The notes beneath the pieces were generated by a model. That model was not told where the DNA came from. It was given only the letters and a program-made list of their open reading frames with translations, and made no database searches. Made by a program: the position numbers and the translations under genes. A DNA stretch of 64,000 nucleotides, from NCBI GenBank assembly GCA_039024555.1, contig JBCCQQ010000028.1, forward strand, positions 1 to 64,000, read 5' to 3'. Below are positions 53,214 to 61,939 of the stretch, one piece after another (within the stretch, counting starts at the first letter, position 1; each line of letters starts with the position of its first letter). The stretch is from Cyanobacteria bacterium P01_D01_bin.156 (GTDB lineage Bacteria > Cyanobacteriota > Cyanobacteriia > Phormidesmidales > Phormidesmidaceae).

Positions 53214-53873
53214 ATGATAGCTAATTTATTTCAGCGCATTCGCGCTAGGACAATTGCCTTATTGGGTCTAGCAGCTGCAGTATGTTTCACGGCTGTTGCG
53301 TGCAGCGGTGGCAGTTCAACTGTTGCTACAGCAGGACCCAGTATTTCCCCCGACTTAGTTGCTGACTACATTCATACTGTGTTAGCAGCTGACCGTACGG
53401 CCTATACTAAGCACGTTGTAAACCGTGTTAAGACCCTCGAAGGTAAAGCCAAAGAAAAAGGCGTACTAGAGGTTGAGTCTACAGAAGGTTGGCAACAGAC
53501 TGATGGTATTCCTCTACCCGCTCAAATGTTCCGTCTAGGTTCCGAGATCGCTAACGAGTCTGGTTATTTCACCTATAATCTCATCTCTACTTGGTACATC
53601 AACGACAACCATGGTCCCAAGAGCGATTTTGAAACAGTTGCGCTAGCTGAAATGGAAGCTAGTGGTGAAGCTTACAAGGATTATCAAGAGGTTGGTGGTC
53701 AGGCATATTTCTCTGCTATGTACCCTGATAAAGCCGTAGCTGAAGCTTGTGTGACTTGCCACAACACTCATCCTATTCACCTTGAGCGCTATCCTGACAA
53801 GCAGTTTGAAATGGGTGAAGTAATGGGTGGTGTAGTTATCAACATTCCCGTTGATAGCATGCCTGCTTCCTAA
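53214..53873 (+). CDS. DUF3365 (Tll0287-like) monoheme c lipoprotein
   Basis: Lipobox 'AVAC', 'LPAQMF', 'YPDKAVAEACVTCHN', 'GEVMGGVVINIP'. Confidence 0.85.
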   Translation: MIANLFQRIRARTIALLGLAAAVCFTAVACSGGSSTVATAGPSISPDLVADYIHTVLAADRTAYTKHVVNRVKTLEGKAKEKGVLEVESTEGWQQTDGIPLPAQMFRLGSEIANESGYFTYNLISTWYINDNHGPKSDFETVALAEMEASGEAYKDYQEVGGQAYFSAMYPDKAVAEACVTCHNTHPIHLERYPDKQFEMGEVMGGVVINIPVDSMPAS

Positions 53874-53931
53874 GTAGCGGATCTGTTTCATTCTGTCTCC
53901 CTAAATAATAGCGATGGGAGTTTTCAGACAT

Positions 53932-53970
53932 ATAAGGTATGGCTTCATATTTTGAGAAGCTATACCTTAT
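53932..53970 (+). terminator. Intercistronic stem-loop after the DUF3365 gene
   Basis: ataaggtatggcttc / gaagctataccttat 15-bp stem with one G-U pair. Confidence 0.6.
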
Positions 53971-54109
53971 TGCAGGTTTTGGCTTTGCTGATTTCTAAGG
54001 TTTTTGAATCTAGCGTATGGTTTTGTGCGCAATATTTTTGACAGATTGATTCATCTTTTGAGTCATCAACAGCTTTTGTTAAATCACTCACCACTTGTCC
54101 CCTAGGGTA

Positions 54110-54703
54110 ATGAAGCCTAAATTTTCCACCCTGATTATATTGACATTATTGAGCGCACTACTTTTGGTGCCTTTTGTTGTCAGCCCCATATATTTGGACA
54201 TGCTGCGAGAGCGGTCCATTGAACTGCATCACTTTATTCGGGGTGAAGTTTATAAGCAAGCCACTGGTTATGTTGCCCTCGCCTTTGTGGTTATAGAAAT
54301 GCTCTTATCGCTACGTAAACGAGGTCGTAGCTGGATAGGAAAAATTAAGCTCCCCGGTTCTGTCATATGGTGGCGGGTTTCTCATATATTTTTAGGTGTG
54401 GCTCTGTTAGCCGTGGTTTTAGTTCATACCATTGGAGCGACTGGTCTGAATTTTAATGCAATCTTTCTATGGGTATTTTTTGCAGTCACCCTATCAGCGT
54501 TAGTGGGTGTGGTAGCAGAAACAGGCGTTTTGGAATCTCCACGTAAGTTATTTGGTTTGCCTGGCAATAAAGAGTTAACAATCACCAAAGGTCCTTTGAT
54601 TAGAAATATGCGAGCCATTTGGTTACCCACTCACATTTTTCTTGTGAGTGTTTTTGTTTTAATGCTTGGTATCCATATTTTTCTCGCTTATTACTACCGT
54701 TAG
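54110..54703 (+). CDS. His-rich integral membrane protein, putative heme-b (cytochrome b-like) subunit
   Basis: About 5 TM helices; two His pairs 14 residues apart: 'SHIFLGVALLAVVLVHT' and 'THIFLVSVFVLMLGIHIF'; 'LSLRKR'. Confidence 0.7.
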   Translation: MKPKFSTLIILTLLSALLLVPFVVSPIYLDMLRERSIELHHFIRGEVYKQATGYVALAFVVIEMLLSLRKRGRSWIGKIKLPGSVIWWRVSHIFLGVALLAVVLVHTIGATGLNFNAIFLWVFFAVTLSALVGVVAETGVLESPRKLFGLPGNKELTITKGPLIRNMRAIWLPTHIFLVSVFVLMLGIHIFLAYYYR

Positions 54704-54717
54704 GGAGATATTAGTGG

Positions 54718-55209
54718 ATGGTTTCTAGTTCTGAAAAAGTAGCTGATGGCGCATCAAAGCCCTGGTTTAAAGGATTGATTGTCGGCATAGCCCTTATGGC
54801 TGCAATTATTGTCACCCTATTCATAACTCGCCCTGCGGCTACCAGTACCAGCTTTGCTCCTTTGTCTGGGCTGGTTACCCTGAAGGCCATGGCCAATGAA
54901 AGCGTTGCCTACGGAGATGCGATCGCTTCTGAGAAGCCTATTTTTTTGGAATTTTATGCAGACTGGTGTACCACATGCCAAGGCATGTCTGGAACAATCG
55001 CCGATCTACATCAAACCTACGGCAACAATATTGAATTTGTCATGCTTGATATTGATGATCCCCAGTGGGCTCCGCAAGTTTTAGAGTATGGAGCTTCGGG
55101 CGTACCCCAATTCACTCTTCTGAATGGGCACCATGAAGAAGTAAATACATGGGTAGGAAAAGTCCCTAAGCCTATTCTGGCAAACGTTTTTGAGCAGCTA
55201 GTTGGGTAA
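54718..55209 (+). CDS. Membrane-anchored thioredoxin (TxlA/HCF164/CcsX-like)
   Basis: N-terminal TM, 'LEFYADWCTTC', 'GVPQF'. Confidence 0.88.
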   Translation: MVSSSEKVADGASKPWFKGLIVGIALMAAIIVTLFITRPAATSTSFAPLSGLVTLKAMANESVAYGDAIASEKPIFLEFYADWCTTCQGMSGTIADLHQTYGNNIEFVMLDIDDPQWAPQVLEYGASGVPQFTLLNGHHEEVNTWVGKVPKPILANVFEQLVG

Positions 55210-55218
55210 GTTATTGCA

Positions 55219-55437
55219 ATGACTCTATTAGATCGGTTTCTAAAATTATTAGAATTCCTAGAAACAGCCCAGGACGCCTTTGAGTTTTTAACGGACCCCA
55301 TAGGCTTATCTGGAGTATTGGCCATTTGCCTTTATTTCCCGATTCAAAGCTTAGGGTGTGACTCACCGGCAGCAGCTACTCTGGCCTGTTCAGCAGCTCT
55401 TACATTCTTCTGTTTAGTAGAAAAACCAAAGTTTTAA
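55219..55437 (+). CDS. Small hypothetical membrane protein
   Basis: 72 aa ATG ORF 9 bp after the thioredoxin, with two hydrophobic segments. Confidence 0.45.
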   Translation: MTLLDRFLKLLEFLETAQDAFEFLTDPIGLSGVLAICLYFPIQSLGCDSPAAATLACSAALTFFCLVEKPKF

Positions 55438-55519
55438 GCAGGGAGCAATAACACAACAAGTGGCAGCCAGACACAACAAATCAGTTTTTGCTCAGCCACG
55501 CTTAGGCTTTCCACCCAAA

Positions 55520-55575
55520 AACTCAGTAGCTTTATGGGCATGATGTACAACAGCATGTCATAAAGCTACTGAGTT
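55520..55575. terminator. Long inverted repeat between convergent transcription units
   Basis: Perfect 17-bp arms aactcagtagctttatg / cataaagctactgagtt. Confidence 0.75.
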
Positions 55576-55607
55576 CTAATTAGGCAAACTAGTTTTGAAT
55601 ACCTAGT

Positions 55608-56534
55608 CTATCGAGGTAAATTCAGCACTCCATTTTGATTCAACCACTGAACCTGATTATCTGTGAGACCTTGAACATCAGTAAATATAGCACCAGACAC
55701 TTTGGCATCAGTCAAATCTACGGCTGTTAAGTTAGCGTTTTCAAGGTTTGCCTGCTGCAAATTGACTCCAGCAAGGTTTGCCCCGGCTAGATTCGCTCTT
55801 TCCAGATCAGCACCCATCAGAGAAGCCCCTGTCCAATCCGTTTCGACCAAGTTAGCACTATTAAACTTTGCCCAGTCTGCTTGGGAGCCCATTAAAACAG
55901 CACCGGTCAGATGGGCAGCAGACAAGTTAGCATTAAGCAAGTTGGCATCAATAAACTTAGAACCTTCAAGATTTGCATTGATCAAACATGTTGCTTCGAG
56001 GTCAGCTTTTTCAAATGAAGCACCGCGTAGCGCAGCTCGGTTGCAACGACTTCTAGTCAAGTTAGCCCCGTCAAAATTGGCTTCACTAAAGTCTGCATCG
56101 GCTAATTTAGCCTTAACTAGGTTTGCCCAATTGAAATGAGCCCTATGACCAATGGCATTAGACAAGTCTGCCTGGGTCAACGTTGCAAAAGATAGGTCTG
56201 CTTCAGTTAAGTGCGCGCCATGAAACTTAGCCCTGGGTGCATGAAGTTCACGAAAAATACCACGCTCCAAACGAGCACGAGTTAGCTCAGCTGATTCTAA
56301 ACGCGCTTTATCAAAACGCGCATCTGAAAGGACAGCCAGCACCAATGTGGCCTTGGAGAAATCAGTCCCTTCGCAGGATGCCCCCGTTAGATTAGCCTGA
56401 CGCAAATAGGCTTGGACAAAATTGCCACGATCTAGAGCAGCGCCCCCCAAATTAATACGACTCAACTCAGCTCGACGCAATGACTGCTGGTGGCTGACTT
56501 TAGAAAGTACTTCATCGACAGTAAGCTGAGTCAT
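55608..56534 (-). CDS. Pentapeptide repeat protein
   Basis: Continuous A(D/N)LXX repeats; start taken at ATG 56534 (ORF extends to 56573). Confidence 0.93.
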   Translation of the reverse strand: MTQLTVDEVLSKVSHQQSLRRAELSRINLGGAALDRGNFVQAYLRQANLTGASCEGTDFSKATLVLAVLSDARFDKARLESAELTRARLERGIFRELHAPRAKFHGAHLTEADLSFATLTQADLSNAIGHRAHFNWANLVKAKLADADFSEANFDGANLTRSRCNRAALRGASFEKADLEATCLINANLEGSKFIDANLLNANLSAAHLTGAVLMGSQADWAKFNSANLVETDWTGASLMGADLERANLAGANLAGVNLQQANLENANLTAVDLTDAKVSGAIFTDVQGLTDNQVQWLNQNGVLNLPR

Positions 56535-56556
56535 AATTTCGAAAATCCTTGATATG

Positions 56557-56570
56557 GTATCAGAAGCTAC
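56557..56570. promoter_or_regulatory. NtcA consensus site GTA-N8-TAC upstream of the pentapeptide repeat gene
   Basis: tgGTA-TCAGAAGC-TACca, extended palindrome. Confidence 0.55.
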
Positions 56571-56802
56571 CAAATATATTCATAACTGTATAATACACAA
56601 CAGTTTTGGGATATTCGTTATGAGTTAAGAATTATTTTCGAATATTTATCTAGATTCCCTGACATATGGTTCCTGTAGCAAGTGGGCATCATCCCTCAAT
56701 GGTTTAGCTTTTGCTTAACTAAGTTCTTGGCAAACAGCATTCACAAAAAACCATATCACTCTTGCCTTTATAAAAATCTCTTGAGAATTGTTGTTTACAT
56801 GC

Positions 56803-57663
56803 TCATTTTTTGCAAATTAGTTTAAGAAAGCGATCAACAGCTGGTGTTGGCAACGTATTTGCTAATGTTGCAACCCCAATGACTCGCTCTAGGGGGACTG
56901 GTAATGGACGAATTTCAACTTTTTCAGGGATTGGCATGGCGGCCAAACGAGGCAGGATAGCCGCTCCCAATCCTTGAGCAACCATGCTGACAATGGTGGA
57001 GTCTTCTTTAATGTTGTAGGCAACATTTAAGGGTTGTTGCCAACGAGACCAATGTTCTCTCACTGCTGTAGTACATTCTGCATAGTTGAACAAAATAAAT
57101 GCGCGATTTGAAAGATCTTTCCAGGTGAGCGTTTTGGGCAAAATAGTCTCGGTTTTTGGCAACAGGACCACATATTCATCACGAGAAACCTCCCAGGTGG
57201 CAAATTCTTCAGATCGAGGCAATGGCAACAAGCCTAAATCAACAGCCCCTGTCCGCAACGCTTGCTCAACACCGGCTGGATCAAATTCGTCTAAACTGAC
57301 ATCTACCCTTGGGTAAGCACGCCGAAATTGAGCAAGCTTGGGTGCCAAAATGTGGGTGGACGCACTCCGAAACGAGGCAATGCGCAAACGGCTGTTATAA
57401 AGAGCTTTTTCTAGGTTTACCTCGTATTCAATTGATTCCCGCACATCCACAATTGTTTTGGCATGGGCAACAATCCGTTCACCAATAGGGGTCAGTTTCG
57501 CACCTAGACGGCCTCGTACCAACAAGGGCACGTCTAACTCATTTTCAAGGGATGCGATCGCACGGCTCACAGCTGATTGAGACATTTCCAATTCGATGGC
57601 CGCATCGGAAAAACTACCGTACTGGGCAATAGTTACAAGCACCTTAAGTTGGGAAATGTTCAT
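56803..57663 (-). CDS. LysR family transcriptional regulator
   Basis: HTH 'GSFSDAAIELEMSQSAVSRAIASLENEL...LTPIGE', 'MVAQGLGAAILP'. Confidence 0.95.
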   Translation of the reverse strand: MNISQLKVLVTIAQYGSFSDAAIELEMSQSAVSRAIASLENELDVPLLVRGRLGAKLTPIGERIVAHAKTIVDVRESIEYEVNLEKALYNSRLRIASFRSASTHILAPKLAQFRRAYPRVDVSLDEFDPAGVEQALRTGAVDLGLLPLPRSEEFATWEVSRDEYVVLLPKTETILPKTLTWKDLSNRAFILFNYAECTTAVREHWSRWQQPLNVAYNIKEDSTIVSMVAQGLGAAILPRLAAMPIPEKVEIRPLPVPLERVIGVATLANTLPTPAVDRFLKLICKK

Positions 57664-57672
57664 TGGTAAAAC

Positions 57673-57691
57673 CTATTCGGTTAGCGCATAG
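57673..57691. promoter_or_regulatory. Putative LysR T-N11-A box in the lysR/cupin divergent promoter
   Basis: ctATTC-ggttagc-GCATag, T57676-N11-A57688, immediately upstream of the lysR start. Confidence 0.5.
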
Positions 57692-57778
57692 ATAGCCCTC
57701 GCTGGGCGATTTGATCCTTCCAATTAGTCTGGGTACCTTGAATTCATCATCACGTTTGAGTAGCCATACATACACTTT

Positions 57779-58279
57779 ATGTTTGAACTATATCCCTTCG
57801 AAAAATTTAGAGATACTCCTAGTGTTCAATTTTTTGATATCACAGTTCCCGACTCCAATGCCTGTGATCTAGTCTTTCACAGCGGCCCAGCCATTAGTCC
57901 CCACTGTACTAAGGCAGGAGATTGGCAGTTTTACCTACATCCCCGACAGGAAGATAATCTTCTAGCCCTCTCAGGAGGACGAACATTTTATTTAGTTAAC
58001 TTTAATTGGGATTCCCCATTTCATCGAGTACGTCTCGATAAAAATACCCATATTTTGCGTATTCCCCCCGGCACATTTCACCGTTCCGAGTCTGATCCTG
58101 ATGGTTCACTGGTCATTAACCAAGCCGTACGACAGGAAAAAGCTACGGTCCATAGTGAATTTCGCGTTTATAACAGCTCTCAAATCCCTAAGCTTAAAGC
58201 ACTATTAGAGTCTGGAATCCCTCCTATCAGCCATGGTTTATCAGTACCGATGACAATGGAACCTCCTATGGCAGCCTAG
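57779..58279 (+). CDS. Cupin-fold protein (cyanobacterial)
   Basis: 'FRDTPSVQFFDI', 'FYLHPRQEDNL', 'LRIPPGTFHRSES' cupin His motifs. Confidence 0.75.
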   Translation: MFELYPFEKFRDTPSVQFFDITVPDSNACDLVFHSGPAISPHCTKAGDWQFYLHPRQEDNLLALSGGRTFYLVNFNWDSPFHRVRLDKNTHILRIPPGTFHRSESDPDGSLVINQAVRQEKATVHSEFRVYNSSQIPKLKALLESGIPPISHGLSVPMTMEPPMAA

Positions 58280-58479
58280 CTACCTGAAGCCTCTCAGAAT
58301 GACAGATGCTGTTGAAGCATAATCAGAGTAAGGGGCAGAGCACCCGTTTCCGTTAGATAGCTATGCTTTGCGACTTCCAATCTTTAAAGTGCGCTAGCGA
58401 TCGCAATAGGTACCAGAGAAGGGTTTACATTGAATAGGGTAACCTACACCACAAAGACGCTCGAAGAGCGCTTCAATAC

Positions 58480-59370
58480 ATGGCTCGCAAGGTTCCCCAA
58501 CTGCATACTATGCCGTGGCCAGCCTTTGTTGGTACATCCCTTCTTGTGCACATTGGTGTTTTAAGTTTTGGCCTTCCTCGCGTAATTACGGTGGAGCGTC
58601 CTAGCGATAGTCTCAACCATATTCCCATCACCCTTATCGATACAGAAGCATCCAAAGCGGGTTCTAAATTGCCTCAGCTCGCCTCTTCACCTTCCCCACC
58701 AAAGGCTGCTCCCCAGACCACAGCTCCCAATAGCGATCAAAATATTGTTACGGAAACACCGCCGCAAACATCACCTCAACAAAGTGCACAGCCTTCTCCT
58801 TTAAAGACTGACAATAGCATCTTAGAAAGCCCCTCTCCTGAACCTGCCTCCTCCACCCAACCTGAAACCAATCAGCCTAAATTAGATAGTCCGGCAGCCT
58901 CACCAGAAACCAGCTCAGAGATGGAAAATCAGCCAACTTCTGAGCCACCATCGGTTGCCGATACAGACACCGCTGAACAATCTGATGGCAAAACTCAGGG
59001 CGCTACCGCAGTGACTATTAAGTCCGTTAGGCTTACTCTCCAAAATCAGCCTAAGCCTAACTTTCAATGGCCGATACAGCTTCAGATCCCACGCGAGCAT
59101 ACCTGCCCCCGTGGGACCATCCCGAGTGACATCGAATTATTTGTGGAAGTTCAGGGTAATGGCCAGGTTATTTCTTTAAGGGACCTGAAAGGCAATCTCT
59201 ACAGTCAGTCAGCTGAGGTCGTTACGGCAGACTGCCTATTCATGGTTGCCCTGCAAGCCAACCCAGCTACGATTAGCTTTGCAGCGCCTCAAACTGATAC
59301 CCCTTTCAACGATATTGAAGGGACAGCCAATCCATCCGCAGAAGTGCAGTTAAAGCTGAGCTTTCACTAA
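58480..59370 (+). CDS. TonB-like membrane-anchored Pro-rich protein
   Basis: TM with S-x3-H ('SLLVH'), long Pro/Ser/Glu linker, C-terminal 'IELFVEVQGNGQV'. Confidence 0.55.
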   Translation: MARKVPQLHTMPWPAFVGTSLLVHIGVLSFGLPRVITVERPSDSLNHIPITLIDTEASKAGSKLPQLASSPSPPKAAPQTTAPNSDQNIVTETPPQTSPQQSAQPSPLKTDNSILESPSPEPASSTQPETNQPKLDSPAASPETSSEMENQPTSEPPSVADTDTAEQSDGKTQGATAVTIKSVRLTLQNQPKPNFQWPIQLQIPREHTCPRGTIPSDIELFVEVQGNGQVISLRDLKGNLYSQSAEVVTADCLFMVALQANPATISFAAPQTDTPFNDIEGTANPSAEVQLKLSFH

Positions 59371-59565
59371 GATCAATGGCTTTATGCACGCAGTTAATCC
59401 TAGGGGAAAGCGTTAAAGGCTTCAATTTACAAGGGCTATGTTGACTGACAACAGTGAACTATACTCTGCAGTTTGCTAAAAAACTTAGCTTTTTATAGAG
59501 GTCTTCCATGACATAGTGTGCTAACCTTACGTTGCCAGCTGGATAAATGACTGGCTCTACACTAT

Positions 59566-59636
59566 GCGGGTGTAGTTTAGTGGTAAAACCTTAGCCTTCC
59601 AAGCTAATGATGGGGGTTCGATTCCCCCCACCCGCT
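59566..59636 (+). tRNA. trnG: tRNA-Gly(TCC)
   Basis: GCGGGTG TAGTTTAGTGGTAAAAC ... TTAGC-CTTCCAA-GCTAA ... GGGGGTTCGATTCCCCC CACCCGCT. Confidence 0.96.
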
Positions 59637-60397
59637 TTCAGTAACATGCAGCCTCCTTTTTCTATGAGGGAGAATTTTAGGAGGCTAAAATTCTCTCGTT
59701 ATAGAATAGACACTCAACACTCTGAACTCTGCAAAGAGTAATAGATAGCTATGGATATCCAACAGATAACACCGCATAGCTCTGCTGAGATTCAACCAGA
59801 ATAGGCAATTAGTTTTAGACTTTTGTCGAATAAAGGTCTAAAAGTCTTCTGTAGAAAAAATTAGATCAAAAGTGACTTTTTGAGTCTCTCCCGGCTATAC
59901 CAACAACCCTTCTTATTTGGATACAAACCTTTAGTCATAGTACCTAACAGTGATTAGGAAAGGCAGTATCACATATTGATTTCACCGAAAAATTTACCAG
60001 TATTTCCAATAGTTATTCCAGTAAATTCTCAAACTAAAGTTTAATTAGCAAGCGTATTTATACTGACAATCAAAATAAGATTAAAATTTTCATTACGGAC
60101 TTCTCAGTAGAAATTCTAATCCAAAAATATTCACCAAAATCTAGCCCAAACACCCTACAGCCTATTTTCAACAAGGGATTAACCACTGAGACATATTTTT
60201 TCTTAAATAGCTAAAAATTTTATTAACTGATGGCTTCAAAAAGAAGTATCAGTAACTTTACATACGTAAAAAAACTGATTAACTAATGTTATTAATTTTC
60301 TATTAAATTTTTCTGTTTTTTCGTTTAGGCTGACTGGTAAGCCATGCACATATGCATTGGCAGTCAATAGATTTGTGGAGTTTTTGGAGGAAAAGAT

Positions 60398-61564
60398 GTG
60401 TCTAGCCCGCCTACTACGCTAGTTCCTGAGACCCAACCCCTAAAAAAACAAAATACTTGGCAAAGAACATTGCCCCGTTGGAATCGTCTTGCCCACCGCT
60501 GGCTTGCGATAGCAATTTCTATCCCCATGATCTTTGTGATTGCTACAGGGATCTTTTTACAAGTTCGTAAGCCTGTTGATTGGATTCAGCCGCCTACAGC
60601 TAAAGGTTCTCAGCAGTATCAACCCACTGTCGCCTTAGAACAAGTCTTAAGTCAGGTGAAAACTGTTCCAGACATGCAGGTGACCGACTGGTCAGATATA
60701 AAGTTGTTAGACCTGCGTCCTAAAAAAGGCATTATCAAAGTACGCAACCATAATGAGTTAGAAACTCAAGTAGACGCGACTACGGGAGAAGTTCTTCAAA
60801 CTGGCCAGCGACTCAATGACTTTGTTGTGCAGATGCATGAATTTTCTGCTTGGGGAGCCCGGCTATGGTTAGGACTACCTGTGAGATTAGGGTTTTTAGT
60901 ACTTTTTCTCACGGGTGTATATCTAAACATTAAATCAACACCAGCCCGTGTAAGACAGCTGTTCGTCAGGCGGAAGCCGACTAAATCGACTGCAGGGGCA
61001 GAGGCTCTGGTATCTACAGCAGTAAATCAAACAGCTGAAACTAACGTGTCCCCTCCGGTCGTAAACGTCAGCGATGCTAGACCAAAGCGTTTACGACTTA
61101 AGGCGTGGCTCTTGAAATACCATTTCTGGCTCGGATGGATTGTTATTATTCCCTGGGCATTTGTAATCAGCAGTGGTCTATTACTACAGGTACGTTATGA
61201 AGTGCCTTGGGTGATGCCAGTACAGCAGCAAGGTCAGGGCATAGTGCCTCAGATGGAGTTTGTTCAAGTTCTAGAAACTGCTCGTCAAACGTCTAACTTT
61301 AATGTTCAAGACTGGAAAGATGTCTGGCGAGTTTATGTCTACCCCAACAAAGGTATCACAACAATTCGCGCTAAAAACCGTCAGGAACTACAGGTTGATT
61401 CTTCAACTGGGGAGGTTTTACAAGTTGCTATTCGCAGAACCGATTGGCTAGAAGATATCCATGAAGGTAAATGGATGGGGTTGAATCTCACATTCTTTTT
61501 ACCTGTGCATATTTTATCGCTGTTTCTATGGCTGACTGGCACGATTATTGCCTACAATCGCTAG
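60398..61564 (+). CDS. PepSY-associated TM helix protein, internally duplicated
   Basis: Two halves: 'RLAHRWLA...TGIFLQ...VDATTGEVL...MHE' and 'KYHFWLG...SGLLLQ...VDSSTGEVL...IHEG'; GGAGG RBS. Confidence 0.85.
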   Translation: MSSPPTTLVPETQPLKKQNTWQRTLPRWNRLAHRWLAIAISIPMIFVIATGIFLQVRKPVDWIQPPTAKGSQQYQPTVALEQVLSQVKTVPDMQVTDWSDIKLLDLRPKKGIIKVRNHNELETQVDATTGEVLQTGQRLNDFVVQMHEFSAWGARLWLGLPVRLGFLVLFLTGVYLNIKSTPARVRQLFVRRKPTKSTAGAEALVSTAVNQTAETNVSPPVVNVSDARPKRLRLKAWLLKYHFWLGWIVIIPWAFVISSGLLLQVRYEVPWVMPVQQQGQGIVPQMEFVQVLETARQTSNFNVQDWKDVWRVYVYPNKGITTIRAKNRQELQVDSSTGEVLQVAIRRTDWLEDIHEGKWMGLNLTFFLPVHILSLFLWLTGTIIAYNR

Positions 61565-61637
61565 ACTCAATTTTTCTCAGATGACGTAAACTATCCCAGC
61601 GGTTGTAAGTTCACAAAACATAATCTGACGAGTGACT

Positions 61638-61670
61638 AAAGCTAGCCTTGCTGACGCGAGGCTAGCTTTT
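61638..61670 (+). terminator. Rho-independent terminator
   Basis: aaagctagcct...aggctagcttt stem followed by T-rich sequence. Confidence 0.7.
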
Positions 61671-61939
61671 AATTTCAGTTGCTAATTATTCCGCAACTGC
61701 TAAGGATATGCCAAGGTGTGAGATGAATCAAGGACCCGTGGGAAAGCTATAGCTACAAACGCCATATGCTAAATCGGCAGAATGTATTACGTGCACTGGG
61801 ATCGTAGAGTTTTCTAGGAGAATCAGTATAAAATCTCTAACCGCCCTATCAGGGAATCTACTGCACGTCTTGAAAGAAATACGATGCAGATATTTTTCAT
61901 CTACTTAAATAGTTCGCCGTATTAGTTCAAATACTCATA

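Noticed and set aside
60252..60265. GTA-N8-TAC upstream of the PepSY gene as an NtcA promoter
   Set aside because: No TAN3T at 22-nt spacing, and chance matches are likely in this AT-rich tract.
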